A stretch of DNA of 64,000 nucleotides from Chiloscyllium plagiosum (taxonomy: Eukaryota): NCBI RefSeq assembly GCF_004010195.1, contig NC_057739.1, positions 1,496,181-1,560,180 on the forward strand. The letters are read 5' to 3'. The notes beneath the pieces were generated by a model. It saw nothing but the letters and a program-made list of their open reading frames with translations. It had not been told where the DNA came from and made no database searches. Numbering within the stretch: the first letter of the stretch is position 1; every line of letters begins with the position of its first letter. The translations under genes were made by a program, and so were the position numbers. Below are positions 1 to 11,289 of this stretch, piece after piece.

Positions 1-958
1 GGCTCCAGCACCAGCTACTCTAAGAATCCATCTCTGCATCACTCCACAAAGTCTCTTTCTTGAGGTCCAATACCATCCTGATTCTCCCAGTCTACCTGAA
101 TGTTAAAATCCCCCATAACAACTGTAGTGACATCTTTGCGACAGGCCAATTTCAGCTCCTGATTTAACTTACATCCGTCAGAAGCAGGCAGTAAGGAAAC
201 TAGCAAGAGAGATAAACAGATTTGATTTCACCTTCATCAATCTGCTACCTGCATGTTAAAATCCCCCATAACAACTGTAGTGACATCTTTGCGACAGGCC
301 AATTTCAGCTCCTGATTTAACTTACATCTGTCAGAAGCAGGCAGTAAGGATCTAGCAAGAGAGATAAACAGATTTGATTTCACCTTCATCAATCTGTCTG
401 TTGCAGTGGCATCTGTCCATGACAGTACTGGCAAGAGTGACCACCACATTGTCCTGTGGAGACCAAGCCCCACCTTCACACTGAGGACATCCACCATCGT
501 GCTCTGTGGAACTATCAATATGTTAAGTGGGAGAAGTTGAACAGATCTAGCAACTCAAGTCTAGACATGCATGCGGTGCTGTGGACCATAAACATTAGCT
601 GAATTATATTCAACCATAACCTGTAACCTTATGGCGCAGCCTTACCTCAGTTCAAAAGAAAACAAGTGCAGGAAACATGCCGGAAGAGCAGCACCAGGTA
701 TACCTAAACATATCGAGCTATAGCACAGGACTAAGGAACCAAGTGCAGGTAAATGGGATTAGTTCAGTTTGCGACTTGTTGGTTGGCATAGACATGGTGG
801 GCCGAATGCATGCCAAACAGCATCAGCTGCCTAAGATAAACAGGCCTAAACATTCCCAGGCCAATGGATAGATCAGAGCTCTATGGTGTTGCCACATCAT
901 GTTTTGAACGGTGGAGGAAAACAATAGAACTCACTGCAGGGAGGAGGCTCCACAAACA

Positions 959-1291
959 CGGTAAAAACAAGGACTGCAGATGCTGGAAACCAGAGTCTAG
1001 ATTAGAGTGGTGCTGGAAAAGCACAGCAGGTCAGGCAGCATCTGAGGTGCAGGAAAATCGATGTTTTGNNNNNNNNNNNNNNNNNNNNNNNNNNNNNNNN
1101 NNNNNNNNNNNNNNNNNNNNNNNNNNNNNNNNNNNNNNNNNNNNNNNNNNNNNNNNNNNNNNNNNNNNNNNNNNNNNNNNNNNNNNNNNNNNNNNNNNNN
1201 NNNNNNNNNNNNNNNNNNNNNNNNNNNNNNGGTGTCCAGTCTCCCCAATGTAGAGGAGACTGCATCAGGAGCAATGGATACAATAAATGAT
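959..1291 (-). mobile_element. Penelope-like element fragment (family A terminus plus GIY-YIG remnant), spans an assembly gap
   Basis: Minus strand of 1231-1290 translates IYCIHCS*CSLLYIGETGH (GIY-YIG motif). 12-bp TSD gctccacaaaca at 947-958 and 1292-1303. Confidence 0.75.
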
Positions 1292-1545
1292 GCTCCACAA
1301 ACATGCCCATCCTTCACCACACATGAGTGCAAGAGCAAGAGCAAGATCAAGAGCAATGCATCTGCAACAGTCTTCAGCCAAAAGTACAAAGTGGATGATC
1401 CAGATGTCCTCAGCATCATAGACACCAATTTTCAACAACTTGATTCACCCTCATGTGATATCAAGGAAACTCATAGGCTGTTGGCTCAGGGTACTGCAAA
1501 GGATATGGGCGTTGGTAACATTCTGGCAATAGTCTTCAAAGATCT

Positions 1546-1893
1546 TCATAGAATTACTACAGTGTAGAGACAGACCACTTGGCCCAACAAGTCCATACTG
1601 ACCCTCCGAAGAGTAACCCATCAAGACTCATTCCCCAAACCATTACGCTACATTTACCCCTGACTAATGCACCTAACCTACACATACCTGAGCATTAAGA
1701 GCAATTTACATGGCCAACTCACCTACCCTGCACATCTTTGGATTGTAGGAGGAAATGGGAGCACCCAGAGGAAACCCACGCAGACACAGAGAGAACGTGC
1801 AAACTCCACACAGACAGTCGCTCGAGGCTGGAATTGAGCCCAGATCTCCAGTGGTCTGAGGCAGCAGTGCTAACCACTGAGCCACCGTGCCTC
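1546..1893 (-). mobile_element. HE1-type tRNA-derived SINE
   Basis: Reverse complement begins ggcacggtggctcagtggttagcactgctgcctca (A box), followed by a B-box-like region, the core tgtggagtttgcacgttctc and a CR1/HER1-type tail. Confidence 0.85.
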
Positions 1894-2389
1894 TCATAAA
1901 CCTGTGCTCTAGAATTCGCTGCATCCCTAACCCTGCTGTTCCTATACAATTCTAACACTGGCATTTATTCAATGAAATCAAAAATTGCCAGATTTGTCTG
2001 GTCCACAATAAACAGGGCAATCCTATCAAGCCAGCTACCATCGTCCAACCTGCGCATGTATGTGGAGCATGTGCTGGGTGTGCATGTGTTTTTGTGCAAA
2101 AGAGAGCGCGTTTGTAAAGTTATATGATGGCAATCCATAAGTTTACCCTGTTGCAAGAGTCTAATTACTTTTAATACATATTAATTTTGTTAAGTATAGC
2201 AAACTTGTCTGTGCTTATTGTCATCCTGGGTTTAAAATATATGCAAACCAGGGAATTCAACACCATTTTAAAAATGTTTAAGTTTTATAATGGCTCTGGG
2301 AATAGTGGGCATCATTGCCCCAGTAATGTGTGACAAGTGTCATTCATGACTCCTCAGATACTGAAGAATGTCCATGTCCACACGCAGCA

Positions 2390-4686
2390 ATAATGTCCAG
2401 GTGCCGGCGTTGGACTGGGGTGGAAGAGATCAGAAATCACTCGACACCAACTTATAGTCCAACAGGTTTATTTGAAATCACAAGCTTTCGGAGCACTGCT
2501 TCTTCGCCAGTTAAGTGAAGAAAAACACACAGGCACAGAATTTATAGGCAGAGAGATCAAAAGGTCATACAAATAGTGTGAGTAGAGCATTAATAGACTG
2601 AATAAGAAGTCTCTTCAGGTGAGCAGAAATGTCAGATAGTGAGTAAAGTGTTAACATCTGATGGGATGACCTTTAATCAGATCAATTGAGGCAGAGAGAT
2701 AATTACAAAAAATTAAACATAAGGTGATGCTGGAGACAAACCAAATGGCTGGAATAACATGCCAAAGGTTTAACCAAAGTAACAAGTAATCCAAACTGTA
2801 CAGACTAGTTAAGGTAGAGAGACCATAACAGGCTATCAAGGTTATGGTGTCAAAACAGGATCAAATTTACATCCCAACACGCCAACAGTTTCAAACAAAA
2901 CTTCTTTACTGGACAGACCTCCAACCAACGCTGTATACCAGATACATCGACAACATTTCCTTCCTCTGCATCATGGCAAGGCATCACTGAAACGACTACA
3001 TAATAAAATGATAAGTTACATCCCACCATCAAAATTTACCATGGACTACTCTTCAAAATCAGCCTCATTTTTGGACATACGCATCTCCATCAAGGATGGA
3101 CACTCAGTGCCTCACTCTACCACAAGCCCACAGATTACCCCACAACACTGCACTTCTCTAAACACATTAAGGAAGCCATCCCCTACAGAAAAGTTCTGAG
3201 TATACACAGGATCTGTTCAGATGAGGAGGAATAAGACCAATACCTAAAGACGCTGAAAGTCTCCCACAAAAGAACAAGATACGATGCTCAACTCATTGAT
3301 CACAAGTTCCAACATGTCGGCACGGTGGCACAGTGGTTAGCACTGCTGCCTCACAGCGCCAGAGACCTGGGTTCAATTCCCGCCTCAGGCGGCTAACTGT
3401 GTGGAGTTTGCACGTTCTCCCCGTGTCTGCGTGGGTTTCCTCCAGGTGTTCCGGTTTCTTCCCACAGTCCAAAGATGTGCAGGTCAGGTGAATTGGCCAT
3501 GCTAAATTGCCCGTAGTGTTAGGCAAGGGGTAAATGTAGGGGTATGGGTGGGTTGCGCTTCGGCGGGTCGGTGTGGACTTGTTGGGCCGAAGGGCCCGTT
3601 TCCACACTGTAATGTAATCTAATCTAAATGTCACTGTCAAAAATGCAGACTAGAGAAACTATGCCATGCTCTTTGCAGCCTTCAACATATCATTGATGAG
3701 GACAAACATCTCGCCAAGATTATCCCTAGTCCTTGCCTTCAAAACAATTGCTAAACTTTAAACAGAGCATCGTTTGCAGCAAATACCCAGCCTTCAGGTG
3801 AACATCAACCATAACATCACACAACCCTGCAACAACAACCTCTGCAAGACATGTCAGATCAAGGTCATGGATGCTGCCGTCACACATGGGAATACTATCC
3901 ACCACGTACACAGCAGATACTCATGCGACTCGGCCAATGTTGTCCACCTCATAAGCTGCAGGCAAGGACCCCAAGGTATATTGGTGAGACTATGCAGATG
4001 CTATAACAACGGATAAATGGACACCACATAACCATCACCAGGCAGAAAGGCTCCCTTGTAGTCAGGGAACAATTGAGCAGTCAAGGACATTCAGCCTCTG
4101 GTCTTCGGGTAACTGCCCTCCAAGGTGGCCTTTGAGATACACAATTACACACAAAAATTGATAGTCAAGTTCCGTACTCATGGAGATGTCCTCAACTGTG
4201 ACTATAACCCTACCATACTGTTCTGCATTTGCAAAATCTTCCTTACTGTCCTGTTTTGACACCATCACCTTGATAACTTGTAATGATTTCTTTACCTCAA
4301 TTACTTTGTACAGTTTTGAGTTTGTTACTTACAACTCTTATACCTATCATATTCTTCCAGCTATCTGAGTTGTCTCTAGCACCACCATATTTTTAAACTT
4401 TTTGTAATTATCTCTCTGCCTCAATTAATTGGATTATAGATTATTCCTTCACTTGCCATTCAGCTGTGGACAATTTGCTCACACCATCTGATGCTTTTGA
4501 TCACTTACAGAGACTTATTATTCAGCCTATTGGCACTCCACTCACAAACTTTGTATGATCTTTTGATCTGTCTGCCTATAAATTCTGTGCCTATGCATTT
4601 TCTTTACTTCACCTGACAAAGGAGCAATGCTCTGAAAGCTTGTGATTTCAAATAAACCTGGTTGACTATAACCTGGTGTCGTGTGA
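2390..4686 (+). mobile_element. 5'-truncated Penelope-like retroelement with inverted pLTR
   Basis: About 2430-2860 is an inverted copy of about 4246-4686. Interior has an RT motif remnant (YTRYIDNIS, about 2933) and a Cys-rich/GIY-YIG region (PCNNNLCKTC..YSCDSANVVHLISC, ORF 3774..4016). Imperfect TSD ccacacgcagca (2378-2389) / ccacatgcaaca (4687-4698). Confidence 0.85.
3319..3627 (+). mobile_element. HE1 SINE, young full-length copy nested in the Penelope element
   Basis: A box GGTGGCACAGTGG, B box GGTTCAATTCC, (taatc)n tail, atgtc flanks at 3314-3318 and 3628-3632. Confidence 0.9.
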
Positions 4687-4890
4687 CCACATGCAACATG
4701 ATCGAGACAGTATCCATGTTTCAGATAATAAGTAGCAAATGACATTTGTGCCATGCAAATATCAGGCAATGGCCATTTTCAAGAAATGAGAACCACACCA
4801 TCTCCCCTTGGCACTACCAATATTGAGTTCCCATTAACATTCTGGGAATCACCATTGACAAGAAATTGAACCTGGCTAGCCATATAAGTA

Positions 4891-5103
4891 GCTGGAAATG
4901 TGTTGTTGGAAAAGCGCAGCAGGTCAGGCAGCATCCAGGGAACAGGAGAATCGACGTTTCGGGCATAAGCCCTTCNNNNNNNNNNNNNTTATGCCCGAAA
5001 CGTCGATTCTCCTGTTCCCTGGATGCTGCCTGACCTGCTGCGCTTTTCCAGCAACACATTTCCAGCTCTGATCTCCAGCATCTGCAGACCTCACTTTCTC
5101 CTC
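4891..5103. mobile_element. Palindromic Penelope-derived short element (family A)
   Basis: About 85-bp inverted arms around a 13-N gap. 15-bp TSD ctagccatataagta at 4876-4890 and 5104-5118. Confidence 0.85.
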
Positions 5104-5339
5104 CTAGCCATATAAGTACAGTGGCTACAAGAGCAAATCAGAAATTCTGCCAATTATTCACTTTCTGACTCCCCAAAGCCTATGCAGTATGTTCAAGTCA
5201 GGAGTGCAACTGAACATTCTCCACTGGCATGGATGAGTGCAGCTCTAACGCTCAAGAAGTTTGACACCAGCCAGGACAAAATAACCCACTAAACCAACAT
5301 CACATCCATCACTTTTAGCAACCACTCCGTCCACCTTGA

Positions 5340-8075
5340 CTGGAGAGCTTTTTGGCATCCAGGTAACCTTTTTGTGCCAGCACCTAGATAGTTCTATGAG
5401 AGATAGGGCAGTGCTAGACCTAATCCTAGTGAATTAATCAAGTGGTTGAATGTCAGTGGGCAAACATTTTGGGGACCCTGACCATATCTCTATATGTTTC
5501 AAAGTCATTCTGAAATGGGAAAAGGATAGTGCAGAAGTGTAATGTCTAAATTGGGGAAAAGTCAATTTCAATATCATTAGACAGGATCTGGCAAACAGAG
5601 ACTGGGAGCAGCAGGTCAATCTACATTTGGAAAGTAGGAGTCTTTTAAAGATAGAAGTGAGAGTTCAGTGCCAGCTAACATTAAGGACAAGGACAGTAAA
5701 TCCCTGGAAGCCTGGATATGAAGTGACATTGAGAGTTTGGTAAAGAAAATAAAGGAAGCTTTTGTTGTGGATGGGTTTGTCCCACTGAGGCAAGAAAGGG
5801 AAGGTAGGGCGAAGGAACCTTGGATGACAAGAGATGTAGAACATCAAGAAAGCTTACTAAAAGTTGAGAAAGCAGGGCTCAAGAGGTTAACAAGTTAGCC
5901 AGGAAGGAACTGAAGAATGGACTTAGAAGAACTAGAAGGGGGCATCTAAAATCCTTGGTGGATAGGATTAAGGAAAACCTTAAGGCATTCTACACTTATG
6001 TGAGGAACAAGAGGATGGCCAGAACGAGGGCAGGGCCAATCAGGGATAGTAGAGGGAACTTCTGCCTGGCATCGGAGATGGTCCTTAATGGATATTTTGC
6101 TTCGGTATTCACTAATGAGAGGGACCTTGTCATTTGTAAGGATAGTGTGAAACAGTCGGATATACTCGGACAGGTTGATGTTAAGGAGGATGTACTGAAA
6201 CTTTTGAAAAACATGAGGACAGATAAGTCTCCTGGGCCAGACAGGATATACTCAAGGTTTCTACAGTAACCAAGGGAAGAGAGCGCTACGCCTTTGGCAA
6301 TGATCATTGTACTCTCAGATGATTGGAGGATGGCAAATGTAGTTCCCTTGTTGAATAAAGGGAATAGGGATAAACCTGGGAATTATAGACTAGTTAGTCT
6401 TACGTTGGTGGTGGGTAAAGTATTGGACAGGATTCTGAGAGACTAGATTTATCATTATTTGGAAAAGCATAGTTTGATTAGAGATAGTCAACATGACTTT
6501 GTGAGGGGCAGGTCATGCCTCACAATCCTTATTGAATTATTTGAGGATGTAACAAAACACATTATTGAAGGTAGAGCAGTGGATGTGGTGTATATGGATT
6601 TTAGCAAGGTATTTGATAAGGTTCTCTATGGTAGGCTCATTCAGAAAGTAAGGAGGCATGGGATACAGGGAAATTTGGCTGTCTGGATACAGAATTGGCT
6701 GCCCATAAATGTCCAAGGGCAGTGGTAGGTGGAAAGTGTTCAGCCTGACGCTCGATGACTAGTGTAGTTCCGCAAGGATCTGTTCTGGGACCTCTGCTTT
6801 TTGTGATTTTTATAAATGACTTGGATGAGGAAGTGGAAGGGTGGGTTAGTAAGTTTGCTGATGACACAAAGGTTGGTGGAATTGTTGATAGTGTGGAGGT
6901 TCTATTGTCGGTTGCAACGAGTCATTGACAGGATGCAGAGCTGGGCTGAGAAGTGGCAGCTAGAAGTCAACCTGGAAAAGTGTGAAGTGATTCATTTTAG
7001 ATGGTCAAATTTGAATGCAGATTACAGGATTAAAGGCAGGATTCTTGGCAGTGTGGAGGAACAGAGAGATTTTGGGGTCCACATACATAGATTACTCAAA
7101 GTTGCCACCAAGTTGATAGAGTTGTTAAGATTTGTTGGGTTTCATGAGCAGGGGGACTGAATTTAAGAGTCATGAGGTTATGCTGCAGCTCTATAAAGCC
7201 CTGGTTAGACCACCCCTGAAATATTTTGTTCAGTTCTGGTTGTCTCATTATAGGAAGGATGTGGAAACTTTAGAAAGGGTGCAGAGGGGATTTAACAAGA
7301 TCCTGCCTGGACTGGAGGGCATGTCTTATGAAGAAAGATTGAGGGAGCTAGGGCTTTTCTCATTGCAGCAAAGAAGAATGAGAGATGACTTGATTGTACG
7401 AACAAGATGGTGAGGGGCACAGAATCCCTACAGTGTGCCCCTTCGGCCCAACAAGTCCACAGCAATCCTTCAAAGAGTAATCCACCCAGACCCATTCCCC
7501 TACCATATTATCCTACATTTATCCCTGACTACTGTACCTAGACTACACATCCCTGAACACTATGGGCAATTTAGCATGGCCAATTCACCCAACCTACACA
7601 TGGATCATGGGAGAAAACCGGAGTACCTGGAGGAAACTCACGCAGACACTAGGAGAATGTGCAAACTCCACACAGTTGCCTGAAGCTTGAATCGAACCCA
7701 GGTCCCTGGTGCTGTGAGGCAGCAGTGCTAACCACTGAGGCACCGTGCCACCCCATAGATAGAGTGGATAATCGGAGACCGTTTCCCAGGGAGGAAATGA
7801 CTATCATGACGGGACATAATTTTAAGGTGATCGGTGGAAGGTTTAGGGGAGATGTCAGAGTTAGGTTCTTTCGAAGTGCTGGGTGCATGAAATGCATTGC
7901 TAGCAGTAGTAATAGAGTCAGAAACATTAGGGACATTTAAGCAACTCTTGGATTGGCACATGGATGCTAGTAAAATGCAGGGCATTTAGATTAGTTTGAT
8001 CTTAGAGTAGGATAAAAGGTTGGGCCAACATCAAGAGCCGAAGGGCCTGTACTGTGCTGTATTGATCTATGTTCT
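5340..8075 (+). mobile_element. CR1/HER1 LINE, decayed ORF2 (RT) through 3' end
   Basis: ORFs 5955..6269, 6459..6728, 6816..7160 and 7132..7413 give KSPGPD, QHDFVRGRSCLT, VDVVYMDFSKVFDKV and WSPHYRKD-like motifs. KFADDTK at about 6851. Confidence 0.9.
7418..7752 (-). mobile_element. HE1 SINE inserted into the CR1 3' region
   Basis: Reverse complement starts tggcacggtgcctcagtggttagcactgctgcctcacagc with B box gggttcgattc. CR1 sequence resumes on both sides. Confidence 0.85.
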
Positions 8076-9069
8076 ATGTTTGATACAGAGCATTAAAAAC
8101 AGGAGAGGCTCCTCTGCAGTCTGTAGGGGGTGGCTTAAAAAGATTCTAATGGCAAAGAGGTGCCACAAAATATCTTTGGCAGATTGTATTAAAGAAAACG
8201 CCAAGGCATTTTGTTCATCTTTTAAGAGTAAGAGAATTACCAGAGAAAGAATTAGAGACTAAACGGGCAGTCTGCTGGTGGAGCCAGAGGAGTGGGTGAA
8301 GTCGTAAATGAATATTTGTCATCTGAATTCACAAAGACCTTATAGCTGGAGATTTCAGTTGAGTTTTTAGGGCATTTTAAGATTAATAAGGAGGGGCATT
8401 AGATGCTTTCGCAGGTTCATTTTTAAATCTGCCAACATCTCCAGTATCTCCTTGTTCCTTATACTTGGATATGTCATACCGTTCAATAAGTTCACCTCTC
8501 CTAAACTCCAATGAGTAACAAACCCAACCCATCGAGCAAACAAATCTTTCCATATCCCTTTAGTGAACCTTGTCTTGACTGCCTCCAAATCCAATACATC
8601 TTTCCCTGGATAATGGTACCAAGTGGTCTAATCCAGTACCTGGTATAGTGTCACTTAGTCTCCCAATGTTTATACTCCATTCCCCTTGAAATAAAGGCCA
8701 AATTCCATTTGCCTTCCCTAACAGCTACCGAACGTAGATGCTAGCTTTTTGTGAATCATGTACGAGGGCCCCAACTCTTTCTGTTCTGCAGTTTCTTTGT
8801 CTAGCCCAAATTAAATAATATTCAGCTGTTCTATTCCCTTTGCCAAACTGTATAATCTCATATTGCCCCAAATTACATCTTCCACATGAGGGAGTGGGCA
8901 ATAGGTCCATCGACTGTTCTTTCTTCCCCTTCCTGGCTTGCTGCACCCTCTCCACCATTCAATTTCTCTTTATAATGTGCAACCCTTCCCAACTGCATGT
9001 ATCCTGGTTCCTCACTCTCCTCTTATGTCTCCACTTTCGCTCTCTGGCCAGTTGTTCAGAACGACATAC

Positions 9070-9129
9070 CGATGGACCAAGCGGCTTGAATCCTGCAAAG
9101 CTGTCATTTGGATCAATGGATGAGATCAC
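9070..9129 (-). CDS. NOXA1: NOXA1-like coding exon (activation domain)
   Basis: tctgtctccag|GTG ATC TCA TCC ATT GAT CCA AAT GAC AGC TTT GCA GGA TTC AAG CCG CTT GGT CCA TCG|gtatgt. 60 bp, encoding VISSIDPNDSFAGFKPLGPS, homologous to NCF2 [20 protein letters not shown]. Confidence 0.88.
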
Positions 9130-9524
9130 CTGGAGACAGAGTGAAAAAGGTTCATGTGTTAGTGAGCTCGAAACTCTCTGGAAACTGGGCCATGTCTTTT
9201 TGTTTCTAAGTAGGAAAACAATTGGACCTCTGGGGACAGATTCAACCCTTCCCCTCCCCTTTCTGAGTGAAGTTCACATTCCCTCTCACCCCACTCAGGA
9301 TTAGAGCATTTTGGAATGAAAACTGACTTGGGAGCATCCTAGAACAGAGCAAATAAGAGAGATACACAAGAAGCAGGAAAATAGAAAGGGCATTAATTGT
9401 ACAAGTATCATTCAATGTAATAATGGTGTGAACAGGAGATAAAAATGATTTGCATCTGATGGCAACCCCAAATTATCATTTAAACATATTTATAAGTTAA
9501 AAAAGCCTGATTTTCTCAGGCAGC

Positions 9525-10510
9525 ACCAGCATAAGTGTGAGGTGTTGCACTTTGGAAAGTCAAACCAAGGTAGGACTTGTATAGTAAATGGTAAGGGGTG
9601 TTGCAGAACAGAGGGACATGGGAGTACAAGTACATAGTTAATTGAAAGTGGCTTCACAGGTAGACTGGGTGGTGAAGAAGGTATTTAACATGATGGCCTG
9701 CATCAGTTGAAGCACTGAGTATAGGAGATGGGACATTGTGTTACAGTTGTATGAATTGTTGGTGAGGCCACACTTGCCGAATATTGTGTATAGTTTTGGT
9801 CACCTTGTTCTAGAAAAGACTTAGTTAATCTGGATTCGTTGATGGTCTGTTCGTCAAGCTGTTGCCAGACGTTTCATCCCCTTTTGAAATGACATCAACA
9901 GTGCTGTGTTGCCTCCTGTGAAGTACTGCTGTACTGTTCCACTTTGAATGTACGCGATTCTGTTTGAGTTGTTTCCGGTTGGAACCCATCAGCTCGGCGA
10001 ACAGACCAATAACAAATCCAACCAGCTCCTGACTGACAGATCTTCACAAAACCTGTAAAAAGTGCAAATAGGATGTTGCCAGGACTGGTGAGCCTAAGTT
10101 ATAGGGAGAGGTTGGCCAGGATAGGTCTTTATGCCGAAGAACGTAGGAGAATGAAGGGTGACCTTATTGAGGTTTGTAAAATCATGAGGGGCATATTTAG
10201 GTTGAATGCATATAATCTTTTGCCCAGGGATGGGAAATTGAAAACTAGAGGACATAGGTTTGTAAGGTGAGAGGGCAAAGGTTTAAGGAGGACATCTTCA
10301 CACAGAGTGTTGTGCATACATGGAATATATGTACCTGCCAGAGAGAGTGGTTGAGGCAGCACTTAAAAAACATTTGGATAGATATATGGATGGGAAAGGC
10401 TTACAGGGATAAGGACCAATTGCGGCCAAAAGACCTAGCTGACTGGGCACCATGGACCAGTTTGGGCCGAAGGGCCTGTTTCCCTGCTATATTACTCTAT
10501 GATTCAATGA
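9525..10510 (+). mobile_element. CR1 RT C-terminal/3' fragment filling most of a NOXA1-like intron
   Basis: KCEVLHFG, LVRPHL and RRMKGDLIEVCKIM motifs, with a CR1 3' tail ending about 40 bp from the exon at 10546. Confidence 0.8.
9832..10053. mobile_element. Penelope-derived short element with inverted ends (family B-related), nested in CR1
   Basis: ggattcgttgatggtctgttcgtcaagctg (9832-9861) is inverted to cagctcggcgaacagaccaataacaaatcc (about 9990-10019). Degenerate hammerhead core on the minus strand. Confidence 0.65.
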
Positions 10511-10545
10511 TATGGACTAAACACCAGACAGAATTCTAACTTTAC

Positions 10546-10653
10546 CTTTGGTGTTCCCAGGAAATCTTTCAAGTTCAGCTCTTCCACTTCATGCTTGCGA
10601 GGTCTGAACACAATCCCTTCAGGCACATCAACTGGTTCAAGGGTATTACTGTT
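10546..10653 (-). CDS. NOXA1: NOXA1-like coding exon (C-terminal extension and start of activation domain)
   Basis: ttctttcag|AAC AGT...CCA AAG|gtaaag. 108 bp, encoding NSNTLEPVDVPEGIVFRPRKHEVEELNLKDFLGTPK. FRPRK.EVE.L..KDFLG.PK is NOXA1-type rather than NCF2-type (FRPNE...KDYLGKAT). Confidence 0.9.
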
Positions 10654-11289
10654 CTGAAAGAACAAAGCAGCCATGTTAAATAAGATATATAAGTGAGCCA
10701 GCAAAGAGCTGAGCATGAGTTCATAAAGTGTTGGCGAGACTGATTTAACACGCATGTGGGGGTGTTAACAGGGGTCTTGACATGGAAAAAAACAGAGAAC
10801 CATACAGCACAGTACAGGCCCTTCGGCCCTCAATGTTGTGCTGATCTTTTATCCTACTCTCAGATCAAACTAACTTACATACCCTACATTTTATCATCAT
10901 CCATACGCCTATCCAATAGTTGCTTAAATGTACCTAATGAATCGGACTCTATTTCCACTGCTGGCAGTATATTCCTCGCACCCACCAAGTATTGGTTTAG
11001 GGTATAAGGTGAAGTTTTATTTAAGCTCTATGCTTCTGGTTCAATCTTCCTTGAGCTCCCCACTCCCCACCAGCCTTGAGACTGCAGTATTCCACATTCC
11101 CAATTATCCAACTACTTCGGTGAATTCAATTGACTGTTCAGACAGTCAACATCTTATCTTAACTCCTTGGTTAGACCAGGATGGCTCACATCCTTAATCA
11201 TATAATTACTTTTAGGGTTTAACTGAAGTATAAATATCTTATACAAATAAGCAGTAAACTGTAAGTTTTATGGTTTCTTGCTTAAATAT

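Larger units (their letters stand above)
397..2045 (+). mobile_element. Degraded LINE (L2/Crack-like clade, family assignment tentative) hosting nested insertions
   Basis: Endonuclease-end motif GKSDHHIVL (agtgaccaccacattgtc, about 436) followed by decayed RT-linker sequence. The same family recurs at 4700-5340, 20860-21530, 25720-26400, 28470-29590 and 31643-31945. Confidence 0.55.

Noticed and set aside
2045-2335. Possible truncated LTR ending in TGTGACA inside the L2-like LINE
   Set aside because: No matching 5' terminus or TSD was found, so it is too weak to call.
3319-3400. tRNA-like A and B boxes (also in the other SINE heads)
   Set aside because: They continue into SINE core and LINE tail, so they are not tRNA genes.
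4891-5103. Interpretation of the palindromic elements as DNA-transposon MITEs, pre-miRNAs or CRISPR-like repeats
   Set aside because: The inverted arms are not terminal (there is an unpaired tail on one side), TSD length varies, the same ends join GIY-YIG/RT remnants elsewhere, and there is no repeat-spacer periodicity.
5955-7413. Reverse-transcriptase ORFs as a domesticated or active gene (also 33407-33943)
   Set aside because: They are broken by frameshifts and stops and are ordinary decayed CR1 copies.
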